The position numbers and the translations under genes were made by a program. DNA of 64,000 bases from an uncultured virus (IMG/VR IMGVR_UViG_3300000553_000028) (lineage: Duplodnaviria; Heunggongvirae; Uroviricota; Caudoviricetes), in IMG/VR virus record IMGVR_UViG_3300000553_000028; one strand, written 5' to 3'. Below, one piece after another: positions 58,501-64,000 of this stretch; within the stretch, counting starts at the first letter, position 1; each line of letters starts with the position of its first letter. The notes beneath the pieces are model-generated. The model worked only from the letters and a program-made list of their open reading frames with translations, was not told the DNA's origin and ran no database searches.

Positions 58501-61500
58501 ATGGAATTATCTAAATTTATTGTAAACGAATTACTTAACGATATCAATTTTGATGTTGTTGAACGTTTATTGTCCGAAGAAGGAATGTATGATATTGAAA
58601 ATGATCAAGCAAGTAATCCTATTACAATCAAAGATATCGCAATTCATTGGATGGGTACTGGTAATACTGACTGGAGAAAAATTGCAGAAAAAGTAAAAAC
58701 TCAACTTATATTAGGTATTAGAGCTGAAATGGAATATACTAATAATGTAAGATTAGCAGCCGAAATTGCTAAAAAACATTTAATGGATGATCCTTCTTAT
58801 TATGATTTTTCAACTAAAGCAGATAATAGTGCAACTCAAGACCCACATCCTGAAATTCCAAATGAAAATACAATAAAAGAAGAAAATCCAAATTATGATA
58901 ATGATTCGGATGATTTACATAATATTTACAATACACAAATATCAGATCCTTCAACAGGTAGAAAATTTAAGATTAAAGATGCATTGAGATTAGACCCAAT
59001 GGATTTTGCACACCAAGAAGCAATGAGAATGTTAAGAGTGTTATTAGCACAAAAACACAGACAAACTCCTGGTAATATTGGTAAAGGACAACAATCGCCT
59101 GAAACGGATAAACCTAAACAAGTTAATTTAAGTTTGTATGCAGCCGGGTATGGAGAGGGTGTAGTAAAAGAAGCAAGTTCAACGGGAAGTGGATATGATG
59201 AAAAAGTTTTAGACCAATTAGTAGATAATCCAGAGACCGGTGAAAAAGTAAAAGTTCGTTCAGCCTTAAATTACGATAGAAATCATCCGGCATATAGAGC
59301 AGCTATTGCATTAGTAAGAAAAGCAAATGCAATACAACAGGGAAAAGGTAAAGTGGATGTAGGTAATACTCCACCACAAACTCCACAAAATAATGCACCT
59401 AAACAACCATCTAAACAACAACCACCAAATGCAAGTGAACCTATTAGTGTTTCAAAAAGATTTGGAAATGGTACACAAGATGGTTCAAATACACAAAACG
59501 GAACACATAGTACAAACAAAACACAAAAACCATTAGAAAAACCATTGAGTGCACCTAATGATGTGGATAATCCAGTTGATAAAAAAGATATATCACATCA
59601 TACTGTATTACAACCAACAAAGGGAGCAGAAAATGGAAATAAGGCAGGTGTTGGTAAAGTAGCAAGTAAAGCGGTTCAAAATCCAAAAATTATAGCAAGA
59701 GCAATACACCATAATATTAAAAAATGGAGTAGAGAAGAAAAAGAATTTTTTGTTAATGAATTACATAAAGCAAATTCAGAAACAAGAAGAAGTATTGGAC
59801 AGGCTATAAATCATAAAATTAAAGCAATTGTTCCAGCAGTTAAAAAAGAAATGTCTCATTTAGGACATGAATTTAAGCATGCCGGAGAAGGTATATCTCA
59901 TTTATTTCAAGGTAAAAAATTAAGTGATAAAGAAAAACATGCATTTAAAAGTTTAGCAAAAACTGTTGCAATGAGTACAATGGGTGTTGCATTAGGCCCA
60001 GGATTAGGACATGGTGCAGCGGCTTTAGTATCTCACTTAGGAACACACTTAGCACAACATATGGTAGGTGAGTTAGCAGTTGGTGGTATTGGTAAAGCAG
60101 CATTATTTGCAGGATATGAACAAGAGGAAGATACTGACAAATATGTTGAATGGTTTATATTAGCATTTGCAAAAAGAATGAAAGATGGAGAAATACCATT
60201 AGAAGTGTGGGAAAATGCAGTTCAAGATTATACCAATGATAAAGAAGATGGTAAATTTGATAAAAAAGATGATGTTGAACCTGAAGAAACAAATGAAGAA
60301 GTTATAGCAGAAGAAAGTACAAGTGCAGATGCAATGAATGGAACAGGTGCATGGGCTGGGTTACAACCTGGAGAAACACCATGGAGTGGAGTAGGTATGG
60401 ATACTGCACCAAGTAGTTTCATAGGAACACATACATTATCAGATATAAGTTCACAATCAGATAGTGCAAACTCTACAACTGGAACAGAACATAATGCAAC
60501 TTGGGATGAATACGACCATCAAGGATATTATACAGATAAATTACCAGGATGGCAAGTAATAGGACATTTAAGTAATACACTACCAGATGAAGTAAAAAAT
60601 AGAGTATTACCTATATTTAATCACGCGGGTAATGAAAACGGACCAGCGGCACACACAATACAAAAAATAGTTGCACCCAATTTAATTAAATACGAAAGTT
60701 TTGAAAGAACCGATAAAGATTTACTTATGGAAGGTGGAGCAGCAGGACACTTGGCACATCCATTTGAAGATGAAAATTTAACTTTTTCCGATATGAAATT
60801 TATGATTGGAAAAGGATTGCTAGGTGGGTTAGATTCAGAAGGTCCTGTTAGTGAGAAATTAGATGGACAAAATATTGCATTTAGTGTAAGAGATGGTAAA
60901 GTAGTGTTTGGTAGAAATAAAGGACACGTTAAAGATAGTGGTAAGAATGCATTAGATACTAAAGGAATATACAATCAATTCAAAGGTAGAGGTGGTATTG
61001 AGAAAGCATTCGTAGGAGCATCTGAAGATTTACAATCAGCAGTTAAGAAACTTTCACCTGCACAAATTAAGAAAATGTTTGGTAATGGTTCTAAGTTTAT
61101 GAGTTTAGAAATTATTTTACCAGATACTACAAATGTAATTCCATATGGTAAAAGTGTGTTGGTTATGCACGGAACCATTGAATATAATAAAGATGGAGAA
61201 CAAATACGTCGTTCTACTGAAGATGCTGAAACATTTGCAAAAGCAGTTCAAAAAGTTGGTGCAGATAAACAAAAAACATTCGGAATTGAAGGTCCTAGAA
61301 CAATTGCATTTTCCGATGAACCAACAAAAGAATATCTAAGTAAATACAAATTATACCACAGACAATTATCTGATTTAGAAAAACAATATGGTTTAACCGA
61401 TAAATCTAAATTGGAAGATTATAGAAGAAAATGGTGGTCAATTGAATTAGATAAGCAAGAAAAACAGTTGGGTATTAAGTTTACTCCAGAACAAAAGAAA

Positions 61501-62802
61501 GGATTGATTAAAAGATGGGCAGATGGTGATAAAACATTTGGTGTAAAGAATTTTGATAAACCTAAGCAACAACAATGGTTTAGAGATTTTGATGCAAATA
61601 AATTACAAGGTGCACAAAAACAAATGATTAAGCCGGTTGAGAGTGTATTCTTAAATGCAGGAGCTCAAACATTAAAAAGAGTAACAAACTTTTTAGCATC
61701 AAACAATCCAGGTGCAGCAGATGAGTTAAGAAAAGAAACTATAAAATCTATAAAAGGTATTAAAGATAGTAAAGATGTTGATAAGATTGCAAAATTACAA
61801 ACTGAATTAGAACGATTACATAATATCGGTATGGACAATGTTGTTCCATCAGAAGGTATTGTATTTCAGTATAAAGGTAAACCATATAAATTTACAGGAG
61901 CATTTGCACCTATAAATCAAATCAATGGTTCATTTAAGTTTGATAAACCTAAGAAGGGTGATGTTAAAAAAGATGATAGTGTTGCAGAAATACCAAAGGT
62001 TAGTAAGAAAGAAGTAGCAATATTCACTGGTAGATTCCAACCATTTCACGCCGGTCATTATAGTATTTACAAAGCATTAGTTGATAAGTTTGGTAAAGAT
62101 AATGTTTATATAGCATCATCAAACGTACAAGATCCTATTAGGTCTCCATTCCCATTCAAAGATAAAAAGCAAATAATGCATACTATGTTTGATATACCTA
62201 CTAATAAAATAGTTCAGGTTAAAAATCCATATGCACCGAATGAAATATTAGATAAATTACCAAAAGATACTCCATATGTAACTGCTGTTTCTCAAAAAGA
62301 TGCAGAAAGATTAGAGCAAGGGGGTAAATATTTTAAGAATTATGATAAAGTTGCAGCAGATAAAAGAAAAGGATATGAGGACGAGGGGTATTATATAGTA
62401 GCTCCTGAAATGCAATTGAAAGTAAATGGTAAAAATATAAGTGGAACTCAGTTAAGAGCAACATTTGGTGATCCTAAAATGAGTTTAGCAGATAAGAAAA
62501 AAATATTTACACAAGTTTATCCTAAATTTGATAAGGATATATTTGCTAGAATTGTAGTAACAACTAAAAATGCAGAGAAAGCTAAAGGTGGAGAATCAAA
62601 ACCAAAACCAACGGAACCACAAAAATCCAAAGTAAATACGGATATTAAGAACAATAAAAAGGTTGAAAAGGTATTACAACAAAAGATTAAAAATCCAGAA
62701 ACTGGTAGAATGATTTTAGTTAAAACTGCTTTGGGATATGATAAATCTGTTAAGGTTAGAAAGAATGCAATGCAATTAGTAAAAAATGCAATGAGTAAAT
62801 AA
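58501..62802 (+). CDS. multidomain protein: ligase-like nucleotidyltransferase domain plus HxGH cytidylyltransferase-like domain, with repeats
   Basis: SEKLDGQN (KxDG), EGIVF, YKFTG; AIFTGRFQPFHAGH and ISGTQLR; three NPETG-type repeats. Confidence 0.7.
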   Translation: MELSKFIVNELLNDINFDVVERLLSEEGMYDIENDQASNPITIKDIAIHWMGTGNTDWRKIAEKVKTQLILGIRAEMEYTNNVRLAAEIAKKHLMDDPSYYDFSTKADNSATQDPHPEIPNENTIKEENPNYDNDSDDLHNIYNTQISDPSTGRKFKIKDALRLDPMDFAHQEAMRMLRVLLAQKHRQTPGNIGKGQQSPETDKPKQVNLSLYAAGYGEGVVKEASSTGSGYDEKVLDQLVDNPETGEKVKVRSALNYDRNHPAYRAAIALVRKANAIQQGKGKVDVGNTPPQTPQNNAPKQPSKQQPPNASEPISVSKRFGNGTQDGSNTQNGTHSTNKTQKPLEKPLSAPNDVDNPVDKKDISHHTVLQPTKGAENGNKAGVGKVASKAVQNPKIIARAIHHNIKKWSREEKEFFVNELHKANSETRRSIGQAINHKIKAIVPAVKKEMSHLGHEFKHAGEGISHLFQGKKLSDKEKHAFKSLAKTVAMSTMGVALGPGLGHGAAALVSHLGTHLAQHMVGELAVGGIGKAALFAGYEQEEDTDKYVEWFILAFAKRMKDGEIPLEVWENAVQDYTNDKEDGKFDKKDDVEPEETNEEVIAEESTSADAMNGTGAWAGLQPGETPWSGVGMDTAPSSFIGTHTLSDISSQSDSANSTTGTEHNATWDEYDHQGYYTDKLPGWQVIGHLSNTLPDEVKNRVLPIFNHAGNENGPAAHTIQKIVAPNLIKYESFERTDKDLLMEGGAAGHLAHPFEDENLTFSDMKFMIGKGLLGGLDSEGPVSEKLDGQNIAFSVRDGKVVFGRNKGHVKDSGKNALDTKGIYNQFKGRGGIEKAFVGASEDLQSAVKKLSPAQIKKMFGNGSKFMSLEIILPDTTNVIPYGKSVLVMHGTIEYNKDGEQIRRSTEDAETFAKAVQKVGADKQKTFGIEGPRTIAFSDEPTKEYLSKYKLYHRQLSDLEKQYGLTDKSKLEDYRRKWWSIELDKQEKQLGIKFTPEQKKGLIKRWADGDKTFGVKNFDKPKQQQWFRDFDANKLQGAQKQMIKPVESVFLNAGAQTLKRVTNFLASNNPGAADELRKETIKSIKGIKDSKDVDKIAKLQTELERLHNIGMDNVVPSEGIVFQYKGKPYKFTGAFAPINQINGSFKFDKPKKGDVKKDDSVAEIPKVSKKEVAIFTGRFQPFHAGHYSIYKALVDKFGKDNVYIASSNVQDPIRSPFPFKDKKQIMHTMFDIPTNKIVQVKNPYAPNEILDKLPKDTPYVTAVSQKDAERLEQGGKYFKNYDKVAADKRKGYEDEGYYIVAPEMQLKVNGKNISGTQLRATFGDPKMSLADKKKIFTQVYPKFDKDIFARIVVTTKNAEKAKGGESKPKPTEPQKSKVNTDIKNNKKVEKVLQQKIKNPETGRMILVKTALGYDKSVKVRKNAMQLVKNAMSK

Positions 62803-62824
62803 TTCGTTAAGATAAAAAAATATA

Positions 62825-62832
62825 TATTTATA
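62825..62832 (+). promoter_or_regulatory. putative phage late promoter TATTTATA
   Basis: Octamer in the gap before 62848. Confidence 0.6.
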
Positions 62833-62847
62833 TATAAAGTTACAAAT

Positions 62848-63510
62848 ATGATTATAAAGAGTAAAGGTAATAAAGACAAGAAAACCTGGATACACCCTAG
62901 TAGAAAAAAGATATTAGATACTATGAGGGGTATTGATAGTGGAAACGCTACATTGGGGTGGGAAGCAAAAAAGGTTAAGAGAGAAGTTGGTGATAAATGG
63001 ACGGATGCAGATGGTAAGGAGTGGGAACAGCATGATGGATTTGTAATGCGTGTTACTCAATATGATGAAGCTAGAGCATATTTAGATGAACTTAACACTT
63101 GTAAATCAAAAGAGTGTAAAACATTTAAATTAACTGCAGCACATAAAAAAATAATCAAAAAGACTGGTTATTGTATAAATTGTTTAGTGGAAAGAGAAGC
63201 AAAGATGAGAGAAGCAGGTTTATATCAAAACTATGAATTTTGGAAAATAAACTCAAATACATTAGGACAAATACAAGATGACCTAAAAAGATTTGAACAA
63301 GCAAGAAAAGATGCAGACACAGTTCCTACTTTTGTAAATGCAGATGGTAGTATTGAAAAGTGGAGTATTGATGGTGACATTGATAAAGTGAAAGCAGATT
63401 TAGATTCAGATATAGAGGGTCTAAAAGAATTAATAATAAAATTCCAAGCCGCAGTAGATGAGGATTGGGATATAATAAAGGAGAAATACAATGAAATTTT
63501 CAACGATTAA
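62848..63510 (+). CDS. conserved phage hypothetical protein with Cys pairs
   Basis: REVGDKWTDADGKEWEQ; CKSKEC...CINC. Confidence 0.65.
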   Translation: MIIKSKGNKDKKTWIHPSRKKILDTMRGIDSGNATLGWEAKKVKREVGDKWTDADGKEWEQHDGFVMRVTQYDEARAYLDELNTCKSKECKTFKLTAAHKKIIKKTGYCINCLVEREAKMREAGLYQNYEFWKINSNTLGQIQDDLKRFEQARKDADTVPTFVNADGSIEKWSIDGDIDKVKADLDSDIEGLKELIIKFQAAVDEDWDIIKEKYNEIFND

Positions 63511-64000
63511 GAACATACTTTTAGTTGCATTTATTGCATTTTTTATCTACCAATTAAAAGGTGGTAAATTAGGAATAGGTAAAACTATGGTGGTGGATGG
63601 CAAGGCATACGAAGTTATCAAAGAAATTCACGATACAACCGAAGTAGAAAAAATAAAAACACTTTGGAAAAAAGGTAAAGATATTGTTCACACAACTATC
63701 TTACATGATACAACAATTAAATTAGCAAATATAGATACTAATGCAATATTACATGATTATTTTGCTAAAAACATATACAAAGATACTTTAAGATTACCTG
63801 ATAGTTTAGGATTTGTAACATTAACAGATACAATATCTAAGAACGCAATTCAGGGTAGAACATTTACTGCAAAAGTTAAACAAAGAATTATCAATAATAC
63901 TACAATTGTAAAAGAATTACCTAAAACAAAAGTATTCTATGGTATTGAAGGTGGATTTAACAAAGCAGATGTAGTATCTCATTTAGGTTTAGGTGTGTTA
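63491..64000 (+). CDS. membrane-anchored protein, possible spanin-like lysis protein (3'-partial; absent from ORF track)
   Basis: ATG 63491: MKFSTIKNILLVAFIAFFIYQLKGG... open to the window end; N-terminal TM; several DT[TLI]/DSL motifs. Confidence 0.55.
   Translation, partial: MKFSTIKNILLVAFIAFFIYQLKGGKLGIGKTMVVDGKAYEVIKEIHDTTEVEKIKTLWKKGKDIVHTTILHDTTIKLANIDTNAILHDYFAKNIYKDTLRLPDSLGFVTLTDTISKNAIQGRTFTAKVKQRIINNTTIVKELPKTKVFYGIEGGFNKADVVSHLGLGVL

Noticed and set aside
425..63503. Minus-strand ORFs and short alternative-frame plus-strand ORFs in the track (e.g. 32365..32937, 33574..34023, 60621..60974, 10887..11096)
   Set aside because: All lie within longer plus-strand genes with recognisable motifs, and read as antisense or shadow translations with no family features.
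1..64000. Alternative genetic code (stop codon reassignment)
   Set aside because: Standard translation yields full-length, densely packed genes, and TAA, TAG and TGA all terminate genes at sensible boundaries.
1..64000. CRISPR array, tRNA/rRNA genes, introns, inteins or IS elements
   Set aside because: Intergenic gaps are all under about 80 nt. I saw no regularly spaced direct repeats, cloverleaf-sized free regions, transposase motifs or intein signatures by eye.

Overview
This is a 64-kb segment of a large, AT-rich myovirus-like phage genome. All genes lie on the + strand, are tightly packed and often overlap stop-to-start (TAATG/ATGA). Host-type promoters match the Bacteroidetes consensus (TTTG-N20-TAnnTTTG), which points to a Bacteroidetes host. 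Contents in order: (1) a small modification block (SGNH-like proteins, methyltransferase, GT2, StrG-like dioxygenase), peptide deformylase, a gp55-like sigma factor and a NodU/CmcH carbamoyltransferase; (2) a contractile-tail baseplate module (spike/hub, CHAP hydrolase, gp25-like, gp6-like, large structural proteins); (3) T7 endonuclease I-like resolvase, primase and a fused SbcD-SbcC nuclease; (4) a tail fibre with an S74 chaperone; (5) a ~23-kb sugar-synthesis and modification cluster with three GT7 enzymes carrying an inserted LamG domain, two radical SAM proteins, RmlC, three SDRs, a split minimal ThDP enzyme, 2OG-Fe(II) oxygenases, SGNH-like and GT10-like paralogs; (6) a 1433-aa multidomain protein with ligase-like and HxGH nucleotidyltransferase domains. 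A TATTTATA motif sits in most intergenic gaps before late genes. The best candidate for an undescribed system is a phage-encoded virion glycosylation pathway building an unusual branched sugar, possibly attached to the [S/T]-G-S motifs enriched in the structural proteins. All family calls come from motif recognition by eye, not database searches.
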